NCBI GenBank assembly: GCA_943373145.1
Contig: CALSBI010000010.1
Location: forward strand, 137,379 to 201,378
Length of the DNA: 64,000 nucleotides
Direction of reading: 5' to 3'
Source: Chitinophaga pinensis
GTDB lineage: Bacteria > Bacteroidota > Bacteroidia > Chitinophagales > Chitinophagaceae
Positions 28,373 through 38,956 of this stretch are shown piece after piece; within the stretch, counting starts at the first letter, position 1, and each line of letters starts with the position of its first letter. The notes beneath the pieces are model-generated. The model did not search any database and was not told where the DNA came from. It saw nothing but the letters and a program-made list of their open reading frames with translations. The position numbers were made by a program, and so were the translations under genes.

Positions 28373-30922
28373 TTACACTTCCGTGCCGGATGTGGCCGAA
28401 GTAGTTGCCTCTTCCGTTTTTAGCGTAAAAATCAACTTACCGTTCTCTTTATCTAGCGTAGCCATCATGGTTTCACCGGCCTTAATGCTTACGTTGAGTA
28501 TTTCCTCTGCCAAGGGATCTTCCAGGTATTTCTGGATGGCCCTGTGCAGTGGCCTGGCACCAAACTGGCTATCGTAGCCCTTTTCGGCAATAAAATCCTT
28601 GGCTTCGCCACTCAACTCCAAGGTAAGACCCAAATTGTGGAGGCGCTTTGTTACACCCTTCATCAAAATATCAATGATGGAGAAGATATTTTCTTTGGTA
28701 AGTGTATTAAAGATAACCACATCGTCGATCCTGTTCAAAAACTCGGGGCTGAAAGTACGCTTAAGCGCCTTCTCTATAATCGCCTTGTTGTTTTCTTCGG
28801 AGTTTTGTACGCGGCTTGCCGTAGCAAAACCTACACCATCACCAAAGTCTTTCAACTGACGGGCACCGATATTGGATGTCATGATGATCATGGTGTTTTT
28901 AAAATCCACCTTACGGCCCAAACCGTCTGTTAACTGACCATCATCCAATACTTGCAACAGAATGTTATAAATATCGGGGTGCGCTTTTTCAATTTCATCC
29001 AACAAAATTACCGAGTAGGGTTTGCGCCTTACTTTTTCGGTCAATTGGCCACCTTCTTCATAGCCCACATAACCGGGAGGCGCACCTATCAACCTGCTTA
29101 CAGTGAATTTTTCCATGTACTCACTCATGTCGATGCGGATCAGTGCGTCATCGCTATCGAACATGTGGCGGGCCAATGCACGGGCCAATTCGGTTTTACC
29201 CACACCGGTAGGACCTAAGAATATAAAGGTACCAATCGGCTTTTTAGGATCTTTCAAACCTACCCTATTGCGCTGAATGGCTTTAACCACTTTTTGTATG
29301 GCATCATCTTGCCCAATTACAGCACCTGCCAAATCGCCGGCCATGCGGCGCAGCTTATCTGTTTCGGCCTGTACCATCCGTTTCACCGGTATGCCCGTCA
29401 TCATGCTTACCACTTCGGCAATGTCTTCTTCCTCAATGGGGAAACGTTTGTGCTTGCTCTCTTCTTCCCAAGCATTTTTAGCCTTTTCCAAATCTTCTTG
29501 CAGGCGTTTTTCTGTATCCCTCAAAGAAGCCGCTTCTTCAAAGCGTTGGCTTTTTACCACTTTGTTCTTCTCTTGCTTTATCTCTTCTATTTTCCTTTCC
29601 AACTCTACAATCTCTTCCGGCACATTGATGTTTTTGATGTGCTTTCTGGCACCTACTTCATCCAACACATCAATGGCCTTATCGGGCAATAGCCTATCGG
29701 TCATGTAGCGGTCGCTCAGTTTTACGCAAGCATCAATCGCATCTTGGCTGTACAATACATTGTGATAATCTTCGTACTTGCTTTTAATGTTGTTGAGTAT
29801 TTGAATGGTTTCCTCCACGCTGGGCTGTTCCACCATTACTTTTTGGAAACGCCTATCCAATGCGCCATCTTTTTCGATGTGCATACGGTATTCGTCCAAG
29901 GTACTGGCGCCAATGCATTGCAGTTCACCACGGGCCAAAGCGGGTTTGAAAATATTGCTGGCATCCAAGGAACCACTGGCACCGCCGGCACCTACGATGG
30001 TATGTATCTCATCAATAAACAAAATCACATCGCGGTTCTTTTCCAGTTCGTTCATGATGGCTTTCATCCTTTCTTCAAACTGGCCACGGTATTTGGTGCC
30101 TGCTACCAAGGCCGCCAAGTCGAGCGATACTACCCTTTTGTCGAATAGCACACGGCTCACTTTGCGTTGTACGATGCGCAGGGCCAAGCCTTCCACAATG
30201 GCGGTTTTACCCACACCGGGTTCGCCAATTAAAATAGGATTGTTCTTTTTGCGGCGGGAAAGTATTTGCGATACCCTTTCGATTTCGTTTTCACGACCTA
30301 CGATGGGATCCAAAGAGCCATTTTCGGCCAAGCGGGTAATATCCCTACCAAAATTGTCCAGTACAGGGGTTTTGGTTTTAGGAGGTGCTGTGGCGCCACG
30401 TTGGCTGCGTTGTTGCGAATACTGCTTTTTTTCCTCATCAAAATCATCCTCATTTTCATCGGAATATTCGGCAGTGGGCGGCGCACTGGTTACAAAGCCC
30501 AACTCATTTTTGAACACATCGTAATCCACATCAAATTGGTTTAAAATTTGGGTGGCTACATTTTCTTTGTTCTTTAAAATGGAGAGCATCAGGTGCTCGC
30601 TTTCTACCAATGGGCTCTTGTATGCCTTGGCTTCCAATACCGTAATACGTATCACTTTCTCTGCCTGCTTGGTAAGCGGCAGCGAATTGATATTGGCTAT
30701 ATTCTTTCCGGTTTTGTCTTTTACCGCCATCTCTATTTCCTTTCGGAGTTCATAAAGATCAATATTGAGCGCTTTTAAGATTTTAACCGCATTGTTTTCG
30801 CCATCTCTTATCAGGCCAAGCACCAAGTGTTCGGTCCCGATAAAATCATTGCCCAAGCGAAGCGCTTCCTCACGGCTGTAAGAAATGATCTCCTTTACTT
30901 GAGCTGAAAAATTGTTGTCCAT
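28373..30922 (-). CDS. clpC: ATP-dependent Clp protease ATP-binding subunit ClpC-type (two AAA+ modules, Clp_N repeats, UVR motif)
   Basis: The N-terminus is a Clp_N repeat (EEALRLGNDFIGTEHLVLGLI). Walker A motifs GEPGVGKT and GPTGVGKT are present. The linker has a UVR-like QRFEEAASLRDTEKRL. Confidence 0.9.
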   Translation of the reverse strand: MDNNFSAQVKEIISYSREEALRLGNDFIGTEHLVLGLIRDGENNAVKILKALNIDLYELRKEIEMAVKDKTGKNIANINSLPLTKQAEKVIRITVLEAKAYKSPLVESEHLMLSILKNKENVATQILNQFDVDYDVFKNELGFVTSAPPTAEYSDENEDDFDEEKKQYSQQRSQRGATAPPKTKTPVLDNFGRDITRLAENGSLDPIVGRENEIERVSQILSRRKKNNPILIGEPGVGKTAIVEGLALRIVQRKVSRVLFDKRVVSLDLAALVAGTKYRGQFEERMKAIMNELEKNRDVILFIDEIHTIVGAGGASGSLDASNIFKPALARGELQCIGASTLDEYRMHIEKDGALDRRFQKVMVEQPSVEETIQILNNIKSKYEDYHNVLYSQDAIDACVKLSDRYMTDRLLPDKAIDVLDEVGARKHIKNINVPEEIVELERKIEEIKQEKNKVVKSQRFEEAASLRDTEKRLQEDLEKAKNAWEEESKHKRFPIEEEDIAEVVSMMTGIPVKRMVQAETDKLRRMAGDLAGAVIGQDDAIQKVVKAIQRNRVGLKDPKKPIGTFIFLGPTGVGKTELARALARHMFDSDDALIRIDMSEYMEKFTVSRLIGAPPGYVGYEEGGQLTEKVRRKPYSVILLDEIEKAHPDIYNILLQVLDDGQLTDGLGRKVDFKNTMIIMTSNIGARQLKDFGDGVGFATASRVQNSEENNKAIIEKALKRTFSPEFLNRIDDVVIFNTLTKENIFSIIDILMKGVTKRLHNLGLTLELSGEAKDFIAEKGYDSQFGARPLHRAIQKYLEDPLAEEILNVSIKAGETMMATLDKENGKLIFTLKTEEATTSATSGTEV

Positions 30923-31166
30923 CCTTCGTTGAATTTAACTGTACAATAATAACGATAATTTCCGGTTCTATAGTTTGTAGAGAATGTTAAATGTTGATAT
31001 GTTGAAAAAATGGAACCTGTGGGGACCGGGCGACAACAGATGTGTATAACCCATTGCGCTGCCGCACTATTGCACTGGTACCCGGGCCTTTGCTAATTTT
31101 TTTACCCTTTATTTTATACTTTTACGGCCCAATACCAAATTTATTACTACAAAATATATCGATTAC

Positions 31167-31556
31167 ATGATGCGGGTCAAAATAGATACCAAAGAGAAAT
31201 TTACAGTCATTACGCCGCTTGATGCCCAAATAACTGCTATTATGGCAGATGAATGGGGCAAAACCCTACTAAATTACTTACAAAACGACATGCCGCACCT
31301 GGTTATCAATATGCAGGAGGTAAAAGAATTGGAGCTCCCGGCCGCCAAAGTATTGGCCGATGCCCAACAATCTTTTTATGAGAAAAACTGCTCATGTGTT
31401 GTATGCTGCCTTAGCCCTGAAGTAGAAAAAGCGTTAGACGAATGGGAATTATTGGAAACCATGAACACCACGCCCACCGAAAGCGAGGCTTGGGATATTT
31501 TGCAAATGGAGGAGATTGAACGGGAATTGATGGACGGCGGAGAATGGGATAGCTAG
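31167..31556 (+). CDS. STAS-domain-like protein (anti-sigma-factor antagonist-like)
   Basis: The 129-aa acidic protein has a layout typical of SpoIIAA-like folds (FTVITPLD...LVINMQEVKELELPAAKVL...VVCCLSPEVEKAL). The call is by resemblance only. Confidence 0.55.
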   Translation: MMRVKIDTKEKFTVITPLDAQITAIMADEWGKTLLNYLQNDMPHLVINMQEVKELELPAAKVLADAQQSFYEKNCSCVVCCLSPEVEKALDEWELLETMNTTPTESEAWDILQMEEIERELMDGGEWDS

Positions 31557-31572
31557 CGCAAACCACGAGTAC

Positions 31573-31666
31573 TTGTTGCAGTTTTTCCATTCTACTAAAA
31601 AATTGCAGCAAATCTGTTGCAAAAAAACTGTTGCATTTTATTTTGCAACAGGAAAAATTGCAACAA
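31573..31666. promoter_or_regulatory. cluster of six TGTTGCA/TGCAACA half-sites including a perfect 8-bp inverted repeat
   Basis: Sites lie at 31573..31581, 31602..31609, 31614..31621, 31628..31635, 31644..31651 and 31658..31666. The pair ctgttgca-N8-tgcaacag is at 31628..31651. The cluster sits about 100 bp upstream of the LEA_2 lipoprotein gene. Confidence 0.45.
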
Positions 31667-31762
31667 CATTCCCCAAGCGATACCAAACACCAATAAAGCG
31701 GGTGGGTTTAATTAAATAGCTTTGCCGCTTCCCATTTTATCCAAAAAAACTATCTTGCGTAG

Positions 31763-32224
31763 ATGAAAAAATTGATCGGCAAATCATTTCTGTCCGCCCT
31801 ATTGGTATGCTGCATGGCTGCTTGCAGTGCGCCCAAAGAGTTGGTATATAAAGACTTCAACAGTTTTTCGCTGAACAAGCTGGGGCTGGGCAGTTCATCG
31901 GTAAAAATGAATTTGGTTTATTACAACCCCAACAATTTTGGGCTGCAATTAAAACGTACCGATTTGGATATATATATAGATGGTACTTATTTGGGCCATA
32001 CTAGCCAAGATCACCAAATTACCATCCCCAAGCTAACCGAATTTTCTTTGCCCATTAGCATGGAAGTGGATATGAAGAACGTTTTTAAAAATGCCCTCAA
32101 CACACTTTTAAGTAAGGAAGTAACGGTAAAAGTTACCGGTAGGATCAAGCTGGGCAAGGCGAATGTGTTTTTTGGTATGCCTGTTAATTATGAGGGCAAG
32201 CAGCAATTGAGTCCGTTGTTTTGA
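31763..32224 (+). CDS. LEA type 2 (LEA14/WHy-like) family lipoprotein
   Basis: It has a lipobox (MAAC). The stretch SSSVKMNLVYYNPNNFGLQLKRTDLDIYIDGTYLG is typical of LEA_2 domains. Confidence 0.75.
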   Translation: MKKLIGKSFLSALLVCCMAACSAPKELVYKDFNSFSLNKLGLGSSSVKMNLVYYNPNNFGLQLKRTDLDIYIDGTYLGHTSQDHQITIPKLTEFSLPISMEVDMKNVFKNALNTLLSKEVTVKVTGRIKLGKANVFFGMPVNYEGKQQLSPLF

Positions 32225-32448
32225 TGGATTGGAACACGGATGGGATGGATTACACGGATTACACGGATTATGATTCGGTTACACGGATTGGACTGATTAC
32301 ACGAATTACACGGATTATTGTCGATAGTCCATAGTCCATGGACCATCGACAATGGACTATGGACCATACGCCACCACTATCTAGTATCCAGTATCAATTT
32401 ATTCACTATCCATTATCAATTTATTCACTATCCATTATCAATTATCAA
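32225..32448. repeat. intergenic short-tandem-repeat mosaic (instance b)
   Basis: It contains 9-mers (attacacgg) and tagtcca heptamers that form a 12-bp hairpin (gtccatagtcca...tggactatggac). These are followed by ctatccattatcaat units. Confidence 0.85.
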
Positions 32449-33396
32449 CTATCCATTACCAATGTGTTTCAGCATATCCGCCGTCATCCCCGCCAGATCG
32501 TATTCTTCCTTCCATGCCCAGTCGTTGCGGGCCACGCTATCGTCAATACTGGCGGGCCAGCTATCCGCAATCTGCTGGCGGTAATCGGGTTGGTAAAACA
32601 TTTTAAAATCGGGCATATGGCCTTGAATGGCAGCACCGATTTCTTTGGGCGAAAAACTCATGCCCGACAGGTTGTAAGAAGTACGGATATTGATTTTGGC
32701 CGCATCGGCTTCCATCAGTTCAATGGTGGCCCGGATGGCATCGGGCATATACATCATGGGCAAATAGGTATCTTCTTTTAAAAAGCAAGTGTATTGTTGC
32801 TCTTCCACCGCTTCATGAAAAATTTCCACTGCATAATCTGTAGTACCGCCACCGGGCGCCGACTTATAGGAAATCAAACCGGGATAGCGGAGACTACGCA
32901 CATCCACACCAAAGCGATGGTGGTAATAATTGCACCAAAACTCACCCGCATATTTACTGATGCCATATACCGTAACCGGTTCTATCACGGTTTGCTGGGG
33001 ACATTGGTGCTTGGGCGATGTAGGGCCAAAAACGGCAATGCTGCTGGGCCAATATACTTTGTGCAGTTTTTCCTCCCGGGCAATGTCCAGTACGTTCAAC
33101 AAGCTCTGCATATTAAGGCTCCAAGCCAAGTTGGGATTTTTTTCGCCGGTGGCGGAAAGGATGGCCGCCAACAGGTACACTTGGGTAATGTTCTGCCGGA
33201 TAATCTGAACGTGCAGCATTTCCTTGTTCATCACATCCAAGCTCACATAAGGGCCTGTACCGTGCAGCAAGGGGTTTTCTTCACGCAGGTCGGAAGCCAC
33301 CACATTGGCACCGCCATATATTTTACGCAAGGCAAGGGTCAGTTCCACACCAATCTGTCCACTGGCGCCTATTACCAGTATTTTCTCTTTCGCCAT
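32449..33396 (-). CDS. NAD-dependent epimerase/dehydratase family protein, SDR-type L-threonine 3-dehydrogenase-like
   Basis: It has a Rossmann motif (ILVIGASGQIGVEL) and a YGISK catalytic Tyr-x3-Lys. Length and layout match short-chain TDH. I chose the ATG at 33396. Confidence 0.75.
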   Translation of the reverse strand: MAKEKILVIGASGQIGVELTLALRKIYGGANVVASDLREENPLLHGTGPYVSLDVMNKEMLHVQIIRQNITQVYLLAAILSATGEKNPNLAWSLNMQSLLNVLDIAREEKLHKVYWPSSIAVFGPTSPKHQCPQQTVIEPVTVYGISKYAGEFWCNYYHHRFGVDVRSLRYPGLISYKSAPGGGTTDYAVEIFHEAVEEQQYTCFLKEDTYLPMMYMPDAIRATIELMEADAAKINIRTSYNLSGMSFSPKEIGAAIQGHMPDFKMFYQPDYRQQIADSWPASIDDSVARNDWAWKEEYDLAGMTADMLKHIGNG

Positions 33397-33456
33397 GGGC
33401 AATCGTTAATTTATGCAAACCTAATGAAAAAACGGATTGAACGTGGGGCGGCGATA

Positions 33457-33691
33457 GTTGGCCGATGACCGATGACCGATGACCGATGACCGTTGACCGT
33501 TGACCGATGACCGTGAGCCGAGGATAGAAAATCAAGTATCTAGTACTTGATACTAAGTACTTAGTACTAAATACACTGCACCCATTATCCATTATCAACT
33601 ATCCATTATCCATTATCCAGCATCCAGTATCCAGCATCTAGCCCCTCCAATCCCACCTACTGCGGGATGTCGGCAGCGCCTCCATTTGGAA
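33457..33691. repeat. intergenic heptamer-repeat mosaic with core motif (instance c)
   Basis: It has a ccgatga/ccgttga run, then agtactt-type units, then a ccattat/ccagtat/ccagcat run. The core cccacctactgcgggatgtcggcagcgcctccatttggaac follows at 33651..33691. Confidence 0.85.
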
Positions 33692-33733
33692 CCTGTCCCG
33701 AGTTAGATTAACTTCGCTGCCATAAATAGTACA

Positions 33734-35371
33734 ATGGCCCATTTTCCAAAAATCGATCCCAGTTCCACGGCTGCTTGGAAAGCGTTGCAGCAACACTATG
33801 CCCTTTTTGAGCAGGTGCATATCCGCCATTTGTTTGAGAACGACGAAGAACGTTTTGAGCGGTTTTCGTTGGGCGTGCAGGATATCCTTTTCGACTATTC
33901 CAAAAATATCATTACCGAAAATACGGTAGCCTTACTAATCGATCTGGCCAAGGAATGCGGTTTGCCCGATGCCATCGCTGCCATGTTTGCGGGCGAAAAA
34001 ATAAACGAAACGGAAAACCGGGCCGTATTGCACACGGCACTGCGCAATTTTTCGGGCCAACCCGTTTATACAGATGGCGCCGATGTGATGCCGGGCATAG
34101 CAGCGGTAAAAAATCAAATGCGGCAATGCTGCGAAAAAATACACAGTGGCGCTTGGCTGGGTTATACGGGCAAAAAAATAAAGTACATCGTTAATATCGG
34201 TATTGGCGGCAGCGATCTAGGGCCGGTAATGGTTACCGAAGCGCTGAAACCTTATTGGGTAGCGGGCATTCAGTCTTATTTCGTAAGCAATGTGGATGGA
34301 ACGCATATTGCCGAAACGTTGAAAAAAATCACCCCCGACGAGACCCTCTTTTTAATTGCGAGCAAAACATTTACTACGCAGGAAACCATGACCAATGCCC
34401 ATACGGCCAGAGAATGGTTTTTGAGCCATGCGGGCGATGAAGCTTTTGTGGCCAAACATTTTGTGGCCCTCAGCACCAACGAAGCCGAAGTGGTGAAATT
34501 TGGTATTGCACCAGAAAATATGTTTGTTTTTTGGGACTGGGTAGGCGGTCGCTATAGTTTGTGGAGTGCCATTGGTTTATCCATTGCCCTTACGATTGGG
34601 TATGACCATTTTGAGGCTTTGCTGCAAGGCGCCCATGCGGTTGACCAACACTTTGAGCATACACCTTTTGAAAAAAATATTCCTGTGCTGATGGCATTGA
34701 TCGGTATCTGGTACGTAAACTTCTTTGGCGCCGCTTCGGAAGCCATTTTGCCTTACGATCAATACCTGCACCGTTTTGCTGCCTACTTTCAACAAGGCAA
34801 TATGGAGAGTAATGGTAAATACGTGGGGCGCAACGGCACGGAAGTGGATTATGCCACCGGGCCCGTTATATGGGGTGAGCCGGGCACCAATGGGCAACAT
34901 GCTTTTTATCAATTGATCCACCAAGGCAAGTTGCTGATACCTTGCGACTTTATTGCCCCGGCCATCAGCCATAACCCGGTAGGCGACCACCACACCAAAC
35001 TGCTCAGCAATTTCTTTGCACAAACGGAGGCCCTGATGAATGGCAAGACCGAAGCCGAATTGCAGCAGGAAGGCGTAAAGGAAAACCTATTGCCCTTTAA
35101 AGTGTTTACCGGCAACCGGCCCACCAATTCGTTTTTGGTAAAACAGCTTACCCCCTTTGTGTTGGGCGAACTCATTGCTTTGTATGAACACAAAATTTTT
35201 GTGCAGGGCGTTATCTGGAATATCTACAGTTTCGATCAATGGGGCGTGGAACTTGGCAAACAATTGGCCAACAAAATTCTGCCGGAACTGGAAAGTGCTG
35301 CGCCTGTGGCCACACATGATAGTTCTACCAATGGGTTGATTAATGCGTATAAGGCGATGAGGGGGAATTAG
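33734..35371 (+). CDS. pgi: glucose-6-phosphate isomerase
   Basis: The 545-aa protein carries PGI signatures: [31 protein letters not shown] and [15 protein letters not shown]. Confidence 0.95.
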   Translation: MAHFPKIDPSSTAAWKALQQHYALFEQVHIRHLFENDEERFERFSLGVQDILFDYSKNIITENTVALLIDLAKECGLPDAIAAMFAGEKINETENRAVLHTALRNFSGQPVYTDGADVMPGIAAVKNQMRQCCEKIHSGAWLGYTGKKIKYIVNIGIGGSDLGPVMVTEALKPYWVAGIQSYFVSNVDGTHIAETLKKITPDETLFLIASKTFTTQETMTNAHTAREWFLSHAGDEAFVAKHFVALSTNEAEVVKFGIAPENMFVFWDWVGGRYSLWSAIGLSIALTIGYDHFEALLQGAHAVDQHFEHTPFEKNIPVLMALIGIWYVNFFGAASEAILPYDQYLHRFAAYFQQGNMESNGKYVGRNGTEVDYATGPVIWGEPGTNGQHAFYQLIHQGKLLIPCDFIAPAISHNPVGDHHTKLLSNFFAQTEALMNGKTEAELQQEGVKENLLPFKVFTGNRPTNSFLVKQLTPFVLGELIALYEHKIFVQGVIWNIYSFDQWGVELGKQLANKILPELESAAPVATHDSSTNGLINAYKAMRGN

Positions 35372-35610
35372 GAATTGGGAATTAGGTATTGGGTATTGGG
35401 TATTTGTAGGGTAGACAGTAGGCTGTCTTTTACTGAGTGGGGAGTTTATTGATAAAGGTATTATGGTATTAGGTATTAGGTATTGGGTAATTGTAGGGTA
35501 TTGGGTAGAAAATCTTTTACTGAGTAGGGGGCATATCATTTTTGTTATGCAGCAGTGAGCAGCAATAAAAAAAGTAGTTCAAATACCACATTACCCAATA
35601 CCCAATACCC
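35371..35610. repeat. intergenic heptamer-repeat mosaic (instance d)
   Basis: The forward runs are ggaattg, ggtattg and tattggg. The segment cttttactgagt(g/a)gggg is duplicated. A reverse-orientation cccaata run lies at 35590..35610. Confidence 0.85.
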
Positions 35611-35611
35611 T

Positions 35612-35998
35612 TTATTCAACCAAAGGCTTAACAGTCCGTATCGTAATCAACTCTGGTCCATCGTTGCCTGCCATCATTTTAAAGCGTTCACCCGTCTTTT
35701 TGTACACCACTTCCATCGCAATGGGCTTGCCCGCTTTGTCAAATGCGCCACTTTCTTCGTAAAGAATACCATTTTCGTTCTGCATTTTATATATCGTGCC
35801 GCCAATCTTTATTACACAACCAAGGCCATCGGCCGCTACCATCCCTTCGCAATAAAACTCACCTTTGGCGGTAACAAAACTATCGGCAACAGCTTGCTTG
35901 GGCGTTGGTTTTGGAGGGTCGGTAGGCTTAGGCGCTGTACCTTCATTACAGGCCATCAACATAGCCAAAAGGCCGATTGTAAAAAGTTGCTTCTTCAT
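35612..35998 (-). CDS. hypothetical lipoprotein
   Basis: It has a lipoprotein signal (MKKQLFTIGLLAMLMAC) and is 128 aa. The overlapping plus-strand ORF 35555..36115 has implausible composition. Confidence 0.7.
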   Translation of the reverse strand: MKKQLFTIGLLAMLMACNEGTAPKPTDPPKPTPKQAVADSFVTAKGEFYCEGMVAADGLGCVIKIGGTIYKMQNENGILYEESGAFDKAGKPIAMEVVYKKTGERFKMMAGNDGPELITIRTVKPLVE

Positions 35999-36061
35999 AT
36001 TAGTATCATTTGTGGGCTAAAGTACGGCTTTTGTGCGGATAGCTATCGTTCATGTAGGGGC

Positions 36062-36093
36062 AAAAAAAAGGACCTGGGTGGAAACCCTGGTCC
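36062..36093 (-). terminator. intrinsic terminator of trhO
   Basis: The stem ggacc.ggg-tggaaa-ccc.ggtcc has one mismatch. It is followed on the minus strand by tttttttt. Confidence 0.7.
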
Positions 36094-36235
36094 GTTTTTA
36101 ATCCGTACCCTATGAAAACTGTTGCAAAGATAATGTAATATTTTTTTAATTCACAAATCCTTTGTTCAATTTTTTAATACCATATCTGGGTGATTAATCC
36201 ACAATTGTGGATTACCCGTCAACAACTCGTGCCCG

Positions 36236-37288
36236 CTATTTATCAATCGGCTGACCCATACGCGGCGAAGGCCGTAGCCGGGCTTTGGATTTGTTGAAGA
36301 TATGGCTGCCCTTATCGATGTTTCTGCGCAGTTCCACCTGCTCTTCTTCGGGCAAATGCAGTACTGCCTGGCACTCGGCACTACAGCAACCCTCATATTG
36401 GGCGCCGCAGCTAGTACATTGTATAAAAAGCAGGTGGCAAGCCGTGTTTTTGCAGTTGGTATGGGTGTCGGCAGGCTGTCCACATTGGTGGCAATGGGCA
36501 ATCACTTCTTCTGTAATCCGCTCCCCTAGCCTATCGTCGAACACAAAATTTTTACCAATAAAGGCGCTGGACAGTCCGGCTTCCTTTATCTGCCGGGCAT
36601 AATTGATGATGCCGCCTTCCAAATGGAACACATTTTTGAAACCATGGTGCAACATATAGGCACTGGCTTTTTCGCAGCGGATGCCGCCCGTACAGTACAT
36701 GATGATGTTTTTGTCCCGCTGGTCCTGCATCATATCCACCGCCATGGGCAATTGCTCCCTAAACGTATCGGAAGGTATTTCCAGCGCATTTTTAAAATGG
36801 CCTACTTCGTATTCGTAGTGGTTGCGCATGTCAATCACCACGGTTGCCGCATCGTTCAGCAGTTCGTTCATTTGTGCCGCATTTACGTACCGGCCCTTGT
36901 TTTCCATGCTAAAATCCGGGTCGGTAATGCCATCGGCCACAATCTTTTCCCGCACTTTTATCTTCAGCACCCAAAAGCTTTTGCCATCATTGTCTACCGC
37001 AATATTCAGGCGCAGGCCATCTAATGCCGGAATACTGTACAAATAGGCCTTCATGGCTTCAAAGTTGCCAGTGGGCACACTTGCCTGTGCATTAATGCCT
37101 TCATGGGCCACATAAATACGCCCAAAAACCTGTAAGGCATTCAGCGCCTTGTACATTTCGTCCCTAAACAAATGGGGATCGGCAATGGGGAAATATTGGT
37201 AAAAGGAAACGGTGGTACGGGGTTCTGTTTCTTCGTATAACCGTTTTTTGAGTTCCGCTTGGGAAACCCGGTTGTGTAGTACTGCCAT
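36236..37288 (-). CDS. trhO: rhodanese-domain tRNA uridine(34) hydroxylase (UPF0176/YceA family)
   Basis: The N-terminus is UPF0176-type (VSFYQYF.I.DP). The rhodanese active-site loop is [13 protein letters not shown]. There is a C-terminal Cys-rich tail. Confidence 0.85.
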   Translation of the reverse strand: MAVLHNRVSQAELKKRLYEETEPRTTVSFYQYFPIADPHLFRDEMYKALNALQVFGRIYVAHEGINAQASVPTGNFEAMKAYLYSIPALDGLRLNIAVDNDGKSFWVLKIKVREKIVADGITDPDFSMENKGRYVNAAQMNELLNDAATVVIDMRNHYEYEVGHFKNALEIPSDTFREQLPMAVDMMQDQRDKNIIMYCTGGIRCEKASAYMLHHGFKNVFHLEGGIINYARQIKEAGLSSAFIGKNFVFDDRLGERITEEVIAHCHQCGQPADTHTNCKNTACHLLFIQCTSCGAQYEGCCSAECQAVLHLPEEEQVELRRNIDKGSHIFNKSKARLRPSPRMGQPIDK

Positions 37289-37384
37289 CTTGCTTTGAAA
37301 TTTGAACCCGCCTACGGCGGATAATTAAAAAATAAATTGGACACTTGCAGGGTGAACCAAATTTCTGGTGCAAAGATAAGCAAA

Positions 37385-37681
37385 TGTGCTGATGTGCTAA
37401 TATGCTGATCCACGCCTTTGGCGGGACAAGTTGTGCTAATGATTGGAGGTGGCAGTTGGAGCGGATAGGTTGATGCTGGATACTGGATACTGGATACTTG
37501 ATACTTGATACTTGATACTTGATACTTGATACTTGATGCTGGATACTAGCTACTAGCTACTAGATCTCAGCCACATCCAGCCACGCCATGCGTGATGTCG
37601 GCCCTGCCCCACATCCGCTATCCAATCGCCGCTATCGAGTATCCAGTATCCGCCCACCAGCATCCAGTATCCCCCTACCCC
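37385..37681. repeat. intergenic heptamer/octamer-repeat mosaic with core motif (instance e)
   Basis: It starts with gtgctgat octamers. A long ggatact/tgatact run follows at 37475..37545, then tagctac units. The core ccacgccatgcgtgatgtcggccctgcccc is at 37581..37610, followed by a ccgctat/ccagtat run. Confidence 0.9.
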
Positions 37682-38938
37682 CTAATCCCCAGTACACATT
37701 TTCTTTCTATCGCTAAAGGAATTTACATAGTTGATGGCATCATCATCTTGGCGAACGTTGATGCCATACTCAAACAATTTAAGCGCCAGCAAGGGCTGCC
37801 CATCTTTATAACCCATATTGGCCTTGCCAATGATGAAATAGCTATTGCAATTGTTAACAGCCCCACTAAAGTAAAAGGCTTTGCGCCCATCGGCATAATT
37901 ATCTACCCGAACGGGTGCATTTTGACAATACATTTGCTGGTATGTGGCCCGGTTGTTGAACGCCGTGGTAATGGTTTGCTGCAGGTTTTGTTCCTGCATA
38001 GCCAATAACTGTACTGTGCTGCCCTTTTCAAAAAAGCCGGGATGCATGATTTGCAAAAACACGGCCCGCAGTTTATCGGCATTGCCATTGCGGAACAGAT
38101 CGTGCAGGTAATGCGCCATGGCAGCTTCATCGGCAAAAGCGGGCAGGTTGATTTGTGGCAAAGCGGCTTTGGCCTGCTGTGCTTGTTGTTCGGCCATGGT
38201 GTACTGCAGCGTTTGCCTTTGCAGTACCGCCAACTGCTCCGGTGTTTGTTTTACAAATCCGGTTACTTTAATATCTGCCGCTTCCTCGCTGCGCAGGGCC
38301 AGCATATTGTTCCAGGGGCCTTTTATATCATCCCGGTACAGGCGCACATCCCATATGCAATCCACCGTTTCGATACCGCTGTTGAAAATGATATGGTCGA
38401 ATTTTAGTTTCATTTTAAAGCTCACCTGCTTGGGGCTATGCCAAAACCATCGTGGTGTATCGGCCAGCACAGGTGGTTGATGAATTTTGGTAATAACGGT
38501 ATAGTAAAAATTGCCGTAAAACTTTGCCCAGTCCTTGCTGATGAAGTCTTGTATTTCCTTGGCCGTGGGGTTGGGTATGCCGCTGTACTGATTGTCCAAC
38601 ACCCTGAATTTCCAATAACTGTATTTGCCCACACCAGTATATTGATACACCACATCCCCCGTTACCAGCAAGTCAATACCGGGATATTCACTGCCGCGTA
38701 CTACTTCCACGCCCCGCACATATTCCCAATTGCCGATACCGCTGTTCCACTGCCGGGTACCGGTGCCCTTGGTGAGCCGCACTTCTTTTACCCCGCTCCC
38801 ACCCTGCCCTATGGCATCTTTTTTTACTTGGGCATCGTTGGGTTGTGCCAACGCTGTTATGGCATATAACCATCCCCATAACAATATGGCTACTTGCTTC
38901 ATCCTGCTTTTGATTTTGCTACTACTAACTTGTTTCAT
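37682..38938 (-). CDS. secreted hypothetical protein, likely co-transcribed with the CDC-like gene
   Basis: It has a signal peptide (AILLWGWLYAITALAQ) and starts 18 nt after the upstream gene's stop. I recognised no family. An alternative ATG lies at 38902. Confidence 0.7.
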   Translation of the reverse strand: MKQVSSSKIKSRMKQVAILLWGWLYAITALAQPNDAQVKKDAIGQGGSGVKEVRLTKGTGTRQWNSGIGNWEYVRGVEVVRGSEYPGIDLLVTGDVVYQYTGVGKYSYWKFRVLDNQYSGIPNPTAKEIQDFISKDWAKFYGNFYYTVITKIHQPPVLADTPRWFWHSPKQVSFKMKLKFDHIIFNSGIETVDCIWDVRLYRDDIKGPWNNMLALRSEEAADIKVTGFVKQTPEQLAVLQRQTLQYTMAEQQAQQAKAALPQINLPAFADEAAMAHYLHDLFRNGNADKLRAVFLQIMHPGFFEKGSTVQLLAMQEQNLQQTITTAFNNRATYQQMYCQNAPVRVDNYADGRKAFYFSGAVNNCNSYFIIGKANMGYKDGQPLLALKLFEYGINVRQDDDAINYVNSFSDRKKMCTGD

Positions 38939-38956
38939 TGATCAGTCGATTGTTTT

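Noticed and set aside
32318-32781. Plus-strand ORFs 32318..32584 and 32338..32781.
   Set aside because: They start in the tandem-repeat mosaic and run antisense into the threonine-dehydrogenase-like gene. They have no coding features.
33457-33691. Heptamer arrays considered as CRISPR, or as coding collagen-like or heptad repeats.
   Set aside because: Units of 7 nt have no spacers. A period that is not a multiple of 3 destroys any reading frame. The arrays occur only between genes.
35555-36115. A 186-aa plus-strand ORF.
   Set aside because: It starts in heptamer repeat DNA and lies antisense to a small ORF with a clean lipoprotein signal. Its composition is Arg/Phe/His-rich and atypical.
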